From Thermodesulfobacteriota bacterium (lineage in GTDB: Bacteria; Desulfobacterota_D; UBA1144; Nemesobacterales; UBA2774): DNA of 64,000 nt. The notes under the pieces are model-generated. The model searched no databases and was not told where the DNA came from. It saw only the letters and a list, made by a program, of their open reading frames with translations. Location: positions 2,336,001 through 2,400,000 of the forward strand of contig OZ244197.1 in the NCBI GenBank assembly GCA_965216785.1, given 5' to 3'. Positions 18,247 to 29,055 of this stretch are shown piece after piece. A program made the translations under genes and the position numbers. Within the stretch, counting starts at the first letter, position 1. Each line of letters opens with the position of its first letter.

Positions 18247-20691
18247 CTAACCGTTTAATCTTACAATGTATCCTTCAAAATCATCAGCTAATTCTAAGTC
18301 AAATTTCTCAAAAATACGTATCCACACTTTTGTCTTAAGATATTTTTCTTGTTCATCTTCATTACCAAATTCTTTAAGCCAATCGGGTGGTTCTGAAATG
18401 AATTTATCTAGTAGGTCTCGATTCTCAGAAAAGAATTCAATATTAATGTAAAATATATCTTTCTCAACAAATTCTGGGTTATCCTCCGGCATAAGAGGCG
18501 AATATTGTACTAGTTGACCTAACTGCTTTTTATTTAATAGTATTATAAGATCATCTATACCAGGAATAATAAAACTGAATACCGGGATCTTTTTATATGT
18601 TCCTACTCTTTGTTCCTTCTGCATATTATCATGATATTCTCTTTGACTTGAAATAAAATTTTCATTTATTTCCTTAAACTTATACAAAGAAAAACGAGTA
18701 GCTAATATTACTACATCATCTGAACTGTCAAATAAATCAATTTGTTTAAGAAACTCTTCTCTTGTTACTTCAATGCACGTTGATGCAATTTTAGCATATA
18801 GAAATGAATTCTCCGCTTGTGCTAGATCTCTGCCATAATTTTTAGCCCAATCTCTATAAGTTACATGCCACTCTTGAAAAAAGATGGCTTTTTCATCAAT
18901 TTTATTGATGCCAAATCGATTCAGTTTAGTATTAATGTATGTCATTTTTTCTGAATATAAATTGATACTCATAAACATGTTTCTAATTGTACTATGTTGA
19001 TTAAATGATGTTACAAAATCATCCTCGAATTCAAGTATTTTTGCTGAACTTGGTTTTAATTCTTCTGCCCGTTTTTTAAATTCATTTTCTGCCATTTTTT
19101 TTATATCTTCGAAATATTGGATTATGCATCTCAGAAATATTTCCTCTATATCATTTTCACTAAAATTCAATTCAGACAAAAATTGCTTCTCATTGCTAAG
19201 ACTTTTAGTGATATTGATATAATCATTTATAAAAAACTTGAGATCTTGCAGTCTATATATATCTATCTCTTCAACGAACCCAAATCTATTCTTTGTAATC
19301 TCAAATTTTTCAGGTTCATATAAGTTAGAATCAAATTTTATAACTCTAGCTAGTACTAGTATGAAATAGCGGTTTAAGTATATTTCTTGTCCATGATGAC
19401 CTTCCCAGCTATTCAACCTACGCTCGAAGAACGGTTTATCAAAATAAAATTTCATCAGACTATTAATAGTGGTAGGTGTTATATCATGACCAGCCCATTT
19501 TGCATCTGAGTCAGGAGGTTGTTTATATTCCCAGATAAAACGAATATAATCTGGTTTCTCTTTGAATAGGCAATAACTTCCTATAGCAAATGCAATTTCC
19601 AATATGCTAATAAATTTAATTTTATTGTCGAAACCGTCATAAATGTCTTTTTCAATTTGATAAGTGTATTCTTGCTGTTGAATATTAAAATATGGTTTTA
19701 AGATATCTTTAAGTTCTGTAAATTTGGCTCTGCAATGTTCTAAATCTTTCAGAACCGTGATATTTTCTGAATCGTTGTACAGAGTCTCTAATTTTTCTTC
19801 TATATTGTGTCTGTTATCTATCGATCTGTATAATTCAATATCCGATTGCATGATTAAATGACCATATTCCCATATTCTATTTATTCCGTAACTTGATAAG
19901 GATATTCCGTCAATCAACATAGATATTAGATGCTGAAATATTTCGAAGCGTCCATATGAAATAATTGTTTTTGCAGAAGAGAGGAAATGTTCATCGAAAA
20001 TTGACAGATAATATAGATTAAATTTTTTTTCAGGTTGTCCTAATAGATTGAATACTATATTTGTGTACCAATGAACTGATGAAGAATAAATAGAACGATC
20101 ACCAATTTTTCCACTATATTTCAAGAACAATATGGTAGTAATCTGATTTAAATATCTTAATATAGTCCTTATGTGTAGTTCATTATTCTCATCTTGAGCT
20201 AATTTGCCTAATACCATTTCAATTCGATATATGGCATGTGCAGAAATTTCCTCATTCCCAACTTTTAATGCAGATTCCCAGATTTTACCAAAGTAACTTA
20301 AAAATAAATCGAATAAACCTGTTTCAATTTCGGTTTCGGATATAATATCTTTCTCGGCTAACTCGGCCTGCATAGAACCGTCAATATTAAATCTTGGACT
20401 CGGGAGGTTTAATTTTGGTTTTATTCGATACTTTGCAAATGAAATCAGATATTGATTGTATTTATGTTTGTCTTCCTTTTTTAATTCATAGAACTTAATG
20501 ACATAATGTTCGAGACTGTCTAGTATTTCTAAAACAGTTTTATTTTCGTAGCGTGATGTTTTAGTTACAGCAATATTAGTTAATTTCTCTAGAGCAAATA
20601 TGAAATCGCCAATATCTTGTTTTTTCCTAAAAAATACTTTCAGCATGGTCTCGTAATTTTTGAGATATAACCCCTTCAATATTTGTAACAT
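18247..20691 (-). CDS. Large hypothetical protein; probable C-terminal part of a frameshifted gene of about 960 aa
   Basis: 814-codon ORF in AT-rich DNA, overlapping the upstream ORF at a T6 run. Confidence 0.75.
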   Translation of the reverse strand: MLQILKGLYLKNYETMLKVFFRKKQDIGDFIFALEKLTNIAVTKTSRYENKTVLEILDSLEHYVIKFYELKKEDKHKYNQYLISFAKYRIKPKLNLPSPRFNIDGSMQAELAEKDIISETEIETGLFDLFLSYFGKIWESALKVGNEEISAHAIYRIEMVLGKLAQDENNELHIRTILRYLNQITTILFLKYSGKIGDRSIYSSSVHWYTNIVFNLLGQPEKKFNLYYLSIFDEHFLSSAKTIISYGRFEIFQHLISMLIDGISLSSYGINRIWEYGHLIMQSDIELYRSIDNRHNIEEKLETLYNDSENITVLKDLEHCRAKFTELKDILKPYFNIQQQEYTYQIEKDIYDGFDNKIKFISILEIAFAIGSYCLFKEKPDYIRFIWEYKQPPDSDAKWAGHDITPTTINSLMKFYFDKPFFERRLNSWEGHHGQEIYLNRYFILVLARVIKFDSNLYEPEKFEITKNRFGFVEEIDIYRLQDLKFFINDYINITKSLSNEKQFLSELNFSENDIEEIFLRCIIQYFEDIKKMAENEFKKRAEELKPSSAKILEFEDDFVTSFNQHSTIRNMFMSINLYSEKMTYINTKLNRFGINKIDEKAIFFQEWHVTYRDWAKNYGRDLAQAENSFLYAKIASTCIEVTREEFLKQIDLFDSSDDVVILATRFSLYKFKEINENFISSQREYHDNMQKEQRVGTYKKIPVFSFIIPGIDDLIILLNKKQLGQLVQYSPLMPEDNPEFVEKDIFYINIEFFSENRDLLDKFISEPPDWLKEFGNEDEQEKYLKTKVWIRIFEKFDLELADDFEGYIVRLNG

Positions 20692-21130
20692 ACTGATTGA
20701 TACGTATCATAAACCTCCAAAATACCAAAATATTTATTATTGACCACACAAAATATATCACTAACAAATATGGACTGGAAATTCCAATAAATCTGAACAA
20801 AATGCCAAACATAATACTTACTAGGAACAAAAGGTATTGAGACTTATATAGAAATTCATCGGTGAGTAAAGATGCTATCTCTCCATCATAATCTTTCGTA
20901 ATATTAGATACAACCTGAACACTTATTGGAATTGATAAACCAATAAATACCCCTTCGACTGTGATCACGTCTTGTATAAAAGTTGCATTAGTAGTTAGTG
21001 AAAATAGTTTCTGTATATATGATGGAGCAGGATTGCCAAAGTAAAAAGAATTAAATGTTAATCCTATTACAAAGACTAATAGAAATAAGGTAAATGCTAC
21101 CGAGAAATTGTATAGATTTGAACGATTCAC
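20627..21130 (-). CDS. Hypothetical membrane protein (about 4 TM); probable N-terminal part of the split gene
   Basis: Four hydrophobic segments; ends ATT TTT TAG. Confidence 0.7.
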   Translation of the reverse strand: MNRSNLYNFSVAFTLFLLVFVIGLTFNSFYFGNPAPSYIQKLFSLTTNATFIQDVITVEGVFIGLSIPISVQVVSNITKDYDGEIASLLTDEFLYKSQYLLFLVSIMFGILFRFIGISSPYLLVIYFVWSIINILVFWRFMIRINQYVTNIEGVISQKLRDHAESIF

Positions 21131-21235
21131 TTAAGTCTCTATGGTGGTTGTTAAACAAATAATGTATAAGCGACTATAGCAGAAAATGGAAAAATCTTCA
21201 ACTGCAGGTCTCAAAGCACCGGATAGCCAAAATCC

Positions 21236-22963
21236 TCAGCTCTTTAGGCTCTTATACAGCTCGTCGTGTATGCAATCTTCAAGGCTCGAGCTCTCGGGCA
21301 AATACACGCCGAACGGGTCGTCATCAAAATATCTTACAAATACGTTTTTATAGCTAATAATTCTAATGTCTGTTTTGTTTATGTCCCTTGGGTCGCTGTG
21401 CCCAAGCACTTTTGTCAGGTGCATCATGTCCTTGTGAAACCCTTCCATGTAATGGTGCACTCGGGTCGATTTCTCAGGCAGATTAATACCATGGATCCTC
21501 CACTTGCTGTTGGTCGTAATACCCGTCGGGCATTCGTTCGTGTGGCACTTGAGCGACTGTATACATCCAAGCGCAAGCATAACTCCCCTAGCGGTCTCGA
21601 TAATGTCCGCGCCTACGGCAAAGGCCAGGGCCGCGTGCGCGGGGGTAAACAGCTTCCCAGAGCTTGAGATTGTCACCTTGTCCCTTAGCCCCGCTTCCTT
21701 TAGCTTTTTATCCAGATAAAAGGTGGTTTCAAAAGAGGTCCCGTAACCAACGTAATTCATAAATAGATTCTCTCCGGCCCCCGTACCTCCGTCCGCCCCG
21801 TCAACCTGAATCGCGTCAGGTCCTCCCCCGGTCTCCTTCATTGCCTCGATCAGCAGATCAACCTCGTCAAGCCTTCCAATGCACATCTTAATCCCTACCG
21901 GAAGCCCGGTCAGCTTCCTTACCCTCTGTATTAACTCCAGGAGCTTTAACACTGAGTCCTTTGGGGTAGAGGCAATGCACTCAGCGTGCTGGCAAGGGCT
22001 CATTATGGTCTTCCACGGCTCGACTCTTCTCACCGCCGCTATCTCGGGAGTTACCTTAACGCCCGGCAGCATTCCCCCCAGAGAAGGCTTTCCGCCCTGA
22101 GAAATCTTTAACTGTATCATCTTTACATTGTCATTTTTGACTACGAGTTCTTTAAGCAAATCATCGTCCAGAAGCCGGGTAGGGGTGCCGTCGTTAAGCG
22201 CCCCGTCCCTTCCCACGCCGAACTTCCCAGTGCCTATCTGAAACACAACGTCATTCCCCGCCACCCCGTGCGGGCCGTAACCGCCCTCTCCTGTATTCAC
22301 ATAACAGACGTCTTTTGCCCCTATGCTTATACACTCAGCCGCTTTCCAGTTGATAGAGCCGTAGCTCATGGCAGAGACGTTTACGGTGTTCTTTACCGGG
22401 AAGGGGATAATATCCGGTCTTCCTTCACCGATGACAAGCTCGTAAGACTCTTTTTCAGTCTCGCCCGGGAAATTCCTGTGCAGTATGTGAGACTGCGCCG
22501 TGTTCTCCAGATCAAACTCGTCAAGCTCCGTTCCGAACCCGGCGAAGGGTTTTAAGTCCTTTGCTTTCTGATATATGTAATCTCTCACAATCCTCGGAAT
22601 TGGCCTGCCGTTTGTGTTGGATTCGTTGAAGTACTGTAGGTACTTGTCCCTGAAAGTGTCTTCAAATAGATATCGTACCCTGCCGAACGGGCCGTAGATT
22701 CTAATTAGCGTCCTGTCGTCCTGTACAAATAGCTCCCTAATAGAGAAGATAATTATTGCGGCTGCTATGATTAAGCCAAAATAGAGCCAGCTTCTAAAAA
22801 TAAGTCCCGCAGGGATGGAAAGTACAAAAAGCCCGATAGTGATAAGATCCATCGCTTTCTCTAAAGGCGGGTTATAGGTGTAGGGAACAAGGCACAGGCT
22901 TTTACCAAGTCGGTTGAGCTTGTTAATTAGCTTTTTGCCTTCGCGGGAAGCTTTATAGGGCAT
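21236..22963 (-). CDS. FMN-binding glutamate synthase family protein with N-terminal TM segments
   Basis: SAMSYGS, NTGEGG, FQIGTG, KISQGGKP, DGADGGTG, CIQSLKCHTNEC cluster motif. Confidence 0.92.
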   Translation of the reverse strand: MPYKASREGKKLINKLNRLGKSLCLVPYTYNPPLEKAMDLITIGLFVLSIPAGLIFRSWLYFGLIIAAAIIIFSIRELFVQDDRTLIRIYGPFGRVRYLFEDTFRDKYLQYFNESNTNGRPIPRIVRDYIYQKAKDLKPFAGFGTELDEFDLENTAQSHILHRNFPGETEKESYELVIGEGRPDIIPFPVKNTVNVSAMSYGSINWKAAECISIGAKDVCYVNTGEGGYGPHGVAGNDVVFQIGTGKFGVGRDGALNDGTPTRLLDDDLLKELVVKNDNVKMIQLKISQGGKPSLGGMLPGVKVTPEIAAVRRVEPWKTIMSPCQHAECIASTPKDSVLKLLELIQRVRKLTGLPVGIKMCIGRLDEVDLLIEAMKETGGGPDAIQVDGADGGTGAGENLFMNYVGYGTSFETTFYLDKKLKEAGLRDKVTISSSGKLFTPAHAALAFAVGADIIETARGVMLALGCIQSLKCHTNECPTGITTNSKWRIHGINLPEKSTRVHHYMEGFHKDMMHLTKVLGHSDPRDINKTDIRIISYKNVFVRYFDDDPFGVYLPESSSLEDCIHDELYKSLKS

Positions 22964-23011
22964 GAGCTATAGTCTAATTAAAAGTTAAGCTTTTTAAAAC
23001 ACAAACAGCTC

Positions 23012-25690
23012 TTATTTCTTAATGAACATAATCGCTTGGCCGATGATGAGCGGGATAAGTCCCATAGATATAATAACGAGCCACCCCATAGCTCCCGGAT
23101 TTAACACCCTAAGCACCGTAGCTACGGGCGCTAAATAGACAGCCAGTAACAGTATTATCACGCAAAGCAGGAGCGCTCCCCATACATAAGGATTACGTGT
23201 AATTTCGTTCTTTATGAAATAGGATCCTGGGGCTCTCATATTGAATACATGAAACAGCTGAACGAATGCGAGTGTGAGGAAAGACACCGATACTGCTCTT
23301 TCAACTCCGTAGCCCAGGTGCTCAATGCTGATTATTAGCGCTCCCAGAACGGACAGGCTCATCAGCGTGCCGTACCCGACTATACCGAGCCAATTACGCT
23401 TCGTTAGTATAGACTGGCCGGGCTCCATCGGAGGGGAGCTCATAATATTCTTCTCTCCTTCTCCGACACCGAGCGCAAGAGCGGGAAATACGTCCGTAAC
23501 CAGGTTCAGGAAAAGTATTTGGAGCGGTAGCACCGGTAGCGGCATTTCAGTGAAGGAGGCTATCGACACTACGAGTATTTCACTCACATTACATGATATA
23601 AGGTAGTATATGAATTTCCTTATATTATCTAAGATGATCCGCCCCTGCTCTATAGCTACCACAATTGTGGAGAACGAGTCGTCTTTGAGCACCATGTCAG
23701 AGGCTTCTTGCGCGACCTGAGTCCCTCTTGTTCCCATAGCGATTCCGATGTCAGCCTGTTTTAGCGCTGGCGCGTCGTTCACTCCGTCACCCGTCATAGC
23801 GACCACTAGCCCGCGGCTTTGGTACATGGACACGATATCGAGCTTTTGCTCAGGGCTTATGCGGGCAAGTACCGGTGCGCTGAGAACCCCCTCGCGCTCC
23901 GTGTCGGGCATCTCCTTTAGGTTCCCAATTTCGCTCCCATGCAAAGCTTTTTTATTCTTAGCGTCTGTAAGTCCAAGGGACTGAGCGATGTTAAGCGCAG
24001 TAGAAGGCTGGTCACCCGTCACCATGACTACGTTAATTCCGGCACCGAGACACTTCCTTATAGCGTCCTTAACGTCACTTCGAGGCGGGTCGAGAAGACA
24101 TATAAGGCCAAGAAGAGTGAGGTCTTCGTACGGAGGCGAGGTGTCCGACTCAACGTATTTATAGGCGTGCGCTATTATCCTGTAACCCTTCTCGCCAAGC
24201 TCCTCGTTTTGCTTAAGCCATATATCCTTCATCTCGTCTGTAAGCGCTGTTACACCTCCGCCTCTAAGCACTGAGCCCGAGACTCCCAGCACCGCCTCCG
24301 GTGCGCCCTTGACGGCCACCAGGTATGTACCCTCTGCTTTATGGAATGTGGCCATCATATTCGTGCTCGTATCAAATGCTTCGAGCCTTGTCTCTGGAAA
24401 GCGGTCTAAAAGCGCTTGTTTGCTTATTCCGGCTTTGATGCCTGCCAGCAGAAGCGCTACCTCGAGCGGGTCGCCTATATTTTTCTGTGAGCTTTCAGCG
24501 GTGTCTGTAATTGAGGCTGTATTACATAGAACGCCCACTTCAATACTTCGTCTTAAGGCTTCGTCTCCAAGGGGATCAATGGGATGTCCTTCAGATACAA
24601 ACTCAGCTTCAGTCTCTTTTTGCTTTCGAGTGATTTTTATGAGCTTTTCATCTATAGCGATAAGCTCTACACTCATTTTATTCTCTGTCAGGGTTCCTGT
24701 TTTATCTGTACATATAACTCCTGTAGAGCCCAGGGTCTCGACCGCGCCAAGCCTGTTGATGAGAGCGTTTCTCTTTGCCATCCTCATCATACCCCTTGCA
24801 AGCGCTATGGTAGCGACAACGGGAAGGCCTTCTGGAATGGCGGCTACTGCAAGCGCAATCCCGGTCTCTATCATAAGGAAAAGATTCCTTCCTCTGAGCG
24901 CCCCGGAAGCTATTACGAATACCGCGACAACTACCGTAGCTGCTATGAGCTTGTACCCTAGTGAGTTGAGCCTTTTTTCTAATGGAGTGCTTTCTTTACT
25001 TGCGGACTCAACGAGCGTGCTGATACACCCGATCTCGGTATTTAAACCAATTGCGGTTACGAGCCCCTCGCCGGAGCCTCGCGTCAGTGGTGTGCCCATA
25101 TACGCCATGTTGGAGCGCTCCGCAAGGGTCGTATCCTCACTAAGGGCGGTCAACTCCTTGGGCACAGGTACGGACTCCCCGGTAAGAGAGGACTCATCGG
25201 TCTCCATCCTCGAGGCTTTTATGAGCCTCATATCGGCAGGCACTATATCGCCCGCGTCGAGAATCACTACATCGCCGGGTAAAAGGTCATGAGATGGAAT
25301 CTCCACAGTACGTCCCGAGCGCCTCACTCTCGCGCTCAAGCTCACGAGCTCGTGGAGCGCTTCCATTGACCTCACGGCTTTTATCTCAGTAAAAAACCCG
25401 ATAGCGGAATTTAGAAGTAGCACCAGTATGATGGCTATCGCCTCGGGAATATCTCCAAATATAAAGGACAGGACCGCCGCAACCACTAAAAGAAGTACAA
25501 TCAGGCTCTTGAACTGGTTAGCTAATATAACCCATGGGCTCTTTGGTTCTGATTTTTTAAGCAGGTTCTTGCCAAATCTTATCAAGCGTTCCCGTACATC
25601 TTCTTCGGTGAGTCCGGTGTCGGGAGAGACTCCTAGGGCCTGCGAGACTTGTTCTACAGACAATTTGTAAGGTTCTTTAATCTCTTTCAT
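23012..25690 (-). CDS. Cation-transporting P-type ATPase (P2A-like)
   Basis: TGES, IPEGL, DKTGT, GDGVND, QILFLNLVTD. Confidence 0.96.
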   Translation of the reverse strand: MKEIKEPYKLSVEQVSQALGVSPDTGLTEEDVRERLIRFGKNLLKKSEPKSPWVILANQFKSLIVLLLVVAAVLSFIFGDIPEAIAIILVLLLNSAIGFFTEIKAVRSMEALHELVSLSARVRRSGRTVEIPSHDLLPGDVVILDAGDIVPADMRLIKASRMETDESSLTGESVPVPKELTALSEDTTLAERSNMAYMGTPLTRGSGEGLVTAIGLNTEIGCISTLVESASKESTPLEKRLNSLGYKLIAATVVVAVFVIASGALRGRNLFLMIETGIALAVAAIPEGLPVVATIALARGMMRMAKRNALINRLGAVETLGSTGVICTDKTGTLTENKMSVELIAIDEKLIKITRKQKETEAEFVSEGHPIDPLGDEALRRSIEVGVLCNTASITDTAESSQKNIGDPLEVALLLAGIKAGISKQALLDRFPETRLEAFDTSTNMMATFHKAEGTYLVAVKGAPEAVLGVSGSVLRGGGVTALTDEMKDIWLKQNEELGEKGYRIIAHAYKYVESDTSPPYEDLTLLGLICLLDPPRSDVKDAIRKCLGAGINVVMVTGDQPSTALNIAQSLGLTDAKNKKALHGSEIGNLKEMPDTEREGVLSAPVLARISPEQKLDIVSMYQSRGLVVAMTGDGVNDAPALKQADIGIAMGTRGTQVAQEASDMVLKDDSFSTIVVAIEQGRIILDNIRKFIYYLISCNVSEILVVSIASFTEMPLPVLPLQILFLNLVTDVFPALALGVGEGEKNIMSSPPMEPGQSILTKRNWLGIVGYGTLMSLSVLGALIISIEHLGYGVERAVSVSFLTLAFVQLFHVFNMRAPGSYFIKNEITRNPYVWGALLLCVIILLLAVYLAPVATVLRVLNPGAMGWLVIISMGLIPLIIGQAIMFIKK

Positions 25691-25736
25691 GGGTAATAGC
25701 TAGTATATAGTTTGCTATTCACAGTAAATGAAAAAA

Positions 25737-26444
25737 TTAAGCAAGTCCCCTGAGCACATAGCCCACCACATAAGCGATTACAGCCGCGACCCCTCCGATC
25801 AGGAGGGTTTCAATGCCTGACAAAAACCATTTTTTATCGACGATAGTGGCCTTAACGGAGCCAACTATAAAAAAGGCGACTGAGGTGAGTATAATCGAGA
25901 GCGTAAAGACGTTTTCGCTGAGCGATGTAAAAAAGTAAGATAGTACGTAAGCGAGAAGCGGTATAAACCCTACAAGGTTAAATGAAACGAATGTAACCAG
26001 TGCGTTCTTAATGGGCGAAGTGTCGTCTTCGAATATGCCGAACTCGTCCTTCATCATGGTGTCTATCCATATCTCCTGATTGCTCGTAATTATTTCGACC
26101 GCGTCCTCAAGGGGCTTGCCTGTAAAACCCTTATCTTTAAATATTTGCCTTATCTCCTCCTCTTCCTCCTCTGGGATGTGGAGTACCGATTGCTCTTCAG
26201 ACTTCCTTATTTTATCTGCGTATTCCTTTTTGGATTTAGAGCTCAGGTAGTTGCCTACGGCCATAGAAAAACCGTCTGCGAAAAGGTTCGCGAAACCGAG
26301 AATTAGCACAATAGTGGGCGAGAGTGACGCTCCTGTTACGCCCGCCACAATTGCAAATGTCGTAACCGAGCCGTCTATACCCCCGTAGATAAATTCCGGC
26401 AAATATGAATGGAGGCGGTTCTCATTAGTCTTGTCGGTATTCAT
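25737..26444 (-). CDS. VIT1/CCC1 Fe/Mn transporter family
   Basis: YGGIDGSVTTFA, ANLFADGFSMA, acidic cytoplasmic loop. Confidence 0.92.
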   Translation of the reverse strand: MNTDKTNENRLHSYLPEFIYGGIDGSVTTFAIVAGVTGASLSPTIVLILGFANLFADGFSMAVGNYLSSKSKKEYADKIRKSEEQSVLHIPEEEEEEIRQIFKDKGFTGKPLEDAVEIITSNQEIWIDTMMKDEFGIFEDDTSPIKNALVTFVSFNLVGFIPLLAYVLSYFFTSLSENVFTLSIILTSVAFFIVGSVKATIVDKKWFLSGIETLLIGGVAAVIAYVVGYVLRGLA

Positions 26445-26445
26445 G

Positions 26446-28026
26446 TTATGTCTCCAGGTTTTTTTGTATCAGGCGTTTGAATATTTTAGTTAATATGTTT
26501 CCCTTGGGCTCTGTCGTATCCACTATAATTAGATTCTCATCACTGACCTCATTGGGGTCTTCAAACTCGCTGGTGAACCTCTCAAGTATTTCGAGCCTGC
26601 CGTCTGAAATAGACCCTCCGAGAATCTCTCTCTGCTGGAGTCTATCGCGTACGACTTCCATAGGCGCTGTTGTCTGAATAAAGAATACCGGAGTGTTGAG
26701 CTCTGAAGCGGAGCTAAGTACGAGCTCTCTCCATTTAGCTTTTGAAAAGCTCGCGTCAACCACCGCGCACTCTCCCGTATTTATTATCCCCATTCCCCTC
26801 GCAGCCAATTCTTCATATGTATCCAGGGTAATCTCTTTTGAATAAATACCACTTTCATATTCCTCAAAATGTCTTTCTCCGGGTTTAGCGCCAGCCTTTT
26901 CTTTCCTTAGAGCATCTGATGATATAACCTGGCAAGACAGCTGCTTTGAAAGTGAGCTTGCGAGGGTGGACTTTCCCGTTCCGATAGAGCCGCAAATAAC
27001 AAGAAGCGTTGGTTTAGAGCCCAGGAGCGCGTAGCGTAAGGCGAGCTTAAAATACTTTTGCGCCCGCACAAGCGCCTCCTCTCTAATTTCGCTCGGCACC
27101 TCGGGCTCAAATGCCTTTATGCTCTCCACCTTGCCCCTCACATATGCCCTGTAGCATTTATAGAAATCAAGCACACGGTAAAGCCCTCTGTCCTCCATCA
27201 ACTCTGAGATGCGGGAGATGAAATAACGTGAATAATCGTAATAACCGTTAAGGTCAAGGTCCATTGCCAAAAACCCCGTATCAGAGGCGATATCTATAAA
27301 TCTAAACCTCTCGTTAAACTCAATGCAGTCGTATATGTTAATTCCCCCGGGGCTTATGTTAATGTGCTCCAGGTGCAGATCGCCGTGGCAGTTCTTGATA
27401 AAGCCGCCCTCCGCCCTTTCATGGAAAAGCTGTGAGCGGGTCTTAAAGAAACCCCAGTTGTATTCCTTCACTGCGTTAAATGAAGACTCAGAGATTGTTT
27501 TCCCTATGAACTTTCTGCTCTGAGAAGTGCTCTCGTCAACGCTATACTTAATGCTCGCAGGCTCTCCGTACGCGGAGATTTCCGGGTCCGGACGCTCGTT
27601 TTTGTAAAACTCCGCAAGTTTTTGTGCTATGCCGTCAAAATTTTTTTTTGAGGCTTTACCCTCTTTGAGCAAGTTTTTAAGAAAATATTTCTCGGGAAGC
27701 TCTTTCATCAAAAGGGCGTACTCTATGGTCTTCTCCCCTGGGCCGAATACATATTCCCCATCCTTAAGCGAAATCTCAAGAACTTGTAGGTATATGCCGC
27801 TTGTAAGCCTTCTGTTTAAGACAAGCTCTTTGTCTAAGAAATACTTTCGCTTCTCAAGCGTTGTAAAATCGAGGAACCCGAAATCTACCGGCTTTTTAAC
27901 TTTGTAAACGTAGGGGCTTGCGATAAAAACATCCGAGGCGTGCGTCTGCACGTGAGCGACTCTCTCTGGGTGATGAGGATATGAAGAAGTCTTTAATAGA
28001 AAATCCGTAAGTGCCCTGCGGTTCAA
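26446..28026 (-). CDS. Phosphotransferase-fold / P-loop kinase fusion (Rv2004c-like)
   Basis: YKVKKPV.FGFLDF, CHGDLH, DCIEFN; Walker A GSIGTGKST. Confidence 0.9.
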   Translation of the reverse strand: MNRRALTDFLLKTSSYPHHPERVAHVQTHASDVFIASPYVYKVKKPVDFGFLDFTTLEKRKYFLDKELVLNRRLTSGIYLQVLEISLKDGEYVFGPGEKTIEYALLMKELPEKYFLKNLLKEGKASKKNFDGIAQKLAEFYKNERPDPEISAYGEPASIKYSVDESTSQSRKFIGKTISESSFNAVKEYNWGFFKTRSQLFHERAEGGFIKNCHGDLHLEHINISPGGINIYDCIEFNERFRFIDIASDTGFLAMDLDLNGYYDYSRYFISRISELMEDRGLYRVLDFYKCYRAYVRGKVESIKAFEPEVPSEIREEALVRAQKYFKLALRYALLGSKPTLLVICGSIGTGKSTLASSLSKQLSCQVISSDALRKEKAGAKPGERHFEEYESGIYSKEITLDTYEELAARGMGIINTGECAVVDASFSKAKWRELVLSSASELNTPVFFIQTTAPMEVVRDRLQQREILGGSISDGRLEILERFTSEFEDPNEVSDENLIIVDTTEPKGNILTKIFKRLIQKNLET

Positions 28027-28053
28027 AAGGTCCTCATTCCGCGTATATTTTTA

Positions 28054-28950
28054 TCAAGGGTTAATGGCAAAAACGCTGCATGTAGCGTTATGTATTACCT
28101 TCTCCGTTACGCTTCCCAATAACAGCCTGTTGATGCCTGTCCTTCCATGAGTGTGAATCACAATAAGGTCAGTCCCCTTTTCCTCAGCGTAGGTAGATAT
28201 AGTCGAAGCCACGCTAAGGCCGTGAACGACCTCTGTTTTAATTTTAATATCCTTTGGACCTTTGTATTGTTTCGCGATCCGCTCCACTTCTTTTTCAAGC
28301 TCGGATATAGACTGTCTTATTACAATGTTTAGCGCCCCCGCGGGTACGTCCTGTGCGTACATGTCGAGCCTTAGCGCGTATATTACAGTTATACGTCCGG
28401 ACGTGGCGTTTGCGATGTCCATTGCGCTATGCAGCGCTGTTTTGCATTTATGCGACAAATCGTAGGGTACTAAAATATTCTTGTAAGAAACTTTCCTGCG
28501 GCCCGCTTTAGCTTTCGTAATCAGTACCGGTTTCTCAGTTACCTTGACTACTTTTGAGGTTTCGCTCCCCAGTATCAGGCTCCCGATAAAGCCGTGACCG
28601 TGCTTTCCCATGACAATGAGGTCAGCGTTTCTTTTACGCGCGAACTCTCTAAGTTTCTCAGACGGGTTTCCCCTTAGCAGAACACCTTCGAATTTTATAT
28701 CCGATTTCGCAAGGTTCTTCTCAATCTTAGCGAATTTCTTTGTGAAATCGTCTTCGACTTTTGTCATCCAGTCCTTAAATTCAACCTCGTCTCCGCTCAA
28801 GGACTCAAAAAGCATAACGGTGGGCAAGGGAATGACGTGTGCCCCAATAATGTTGGCGCCGGTTAATTCTGCCATATATTTCGCGTTTAATAGAGCGTTA
28901 TCAGCTTCTTTTGAGCCGTCTGTAGCCCAGAGTATCTTCTTAATTTTCAT
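28054..28950 (-). CDS. Tandem-domain universal stress protein
   Basis: KILWATDGS; two DLIV..HG...GS motifs. Confidence 0.93.
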   Translation of the reverse strand: MKIKKILWATDGSKEADNALLNAKYMAELTGANIIGAHVIPLPTVMLFESLSGDEVEFKDWMTKVEDDFTKKFAKIEKNLAKSDIKFEGVLLRGNPSEKLREFARKRNADLIVMGKHGHGFIGSLILGSETSKVVKVTEKPVLITKAKAGRRKVSYKNILVPYDLSHKCKTALHSAMDIANATSGRITVIYALRLDMYAQDVPAGALNIVIRQSISELEKEVERIAKQYKGPKDIKIKTEVVHGLSVASTISTYAEEKGTDLIVIHTHGRTGINRLLLGSVTEKVIHNATCSVFAINP

Positions 28951-29055
28951 TTAACACCTCGTCTGTAATTTGTCCAAGAAATCCCGACAATCGCCATCCG
29001 CCGGCGGACTTTTCATACTATTCTAACATAAACCCCCGATTATATAATCTCGAGT

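Larger units (their letters stand above)
18149..21234. mobile_element. AT-rich genomic islet without integrase
   Basis: Abrupt AT-rich composition bounded by direct repeats 3120 bp apart. Confidence 0.8.
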
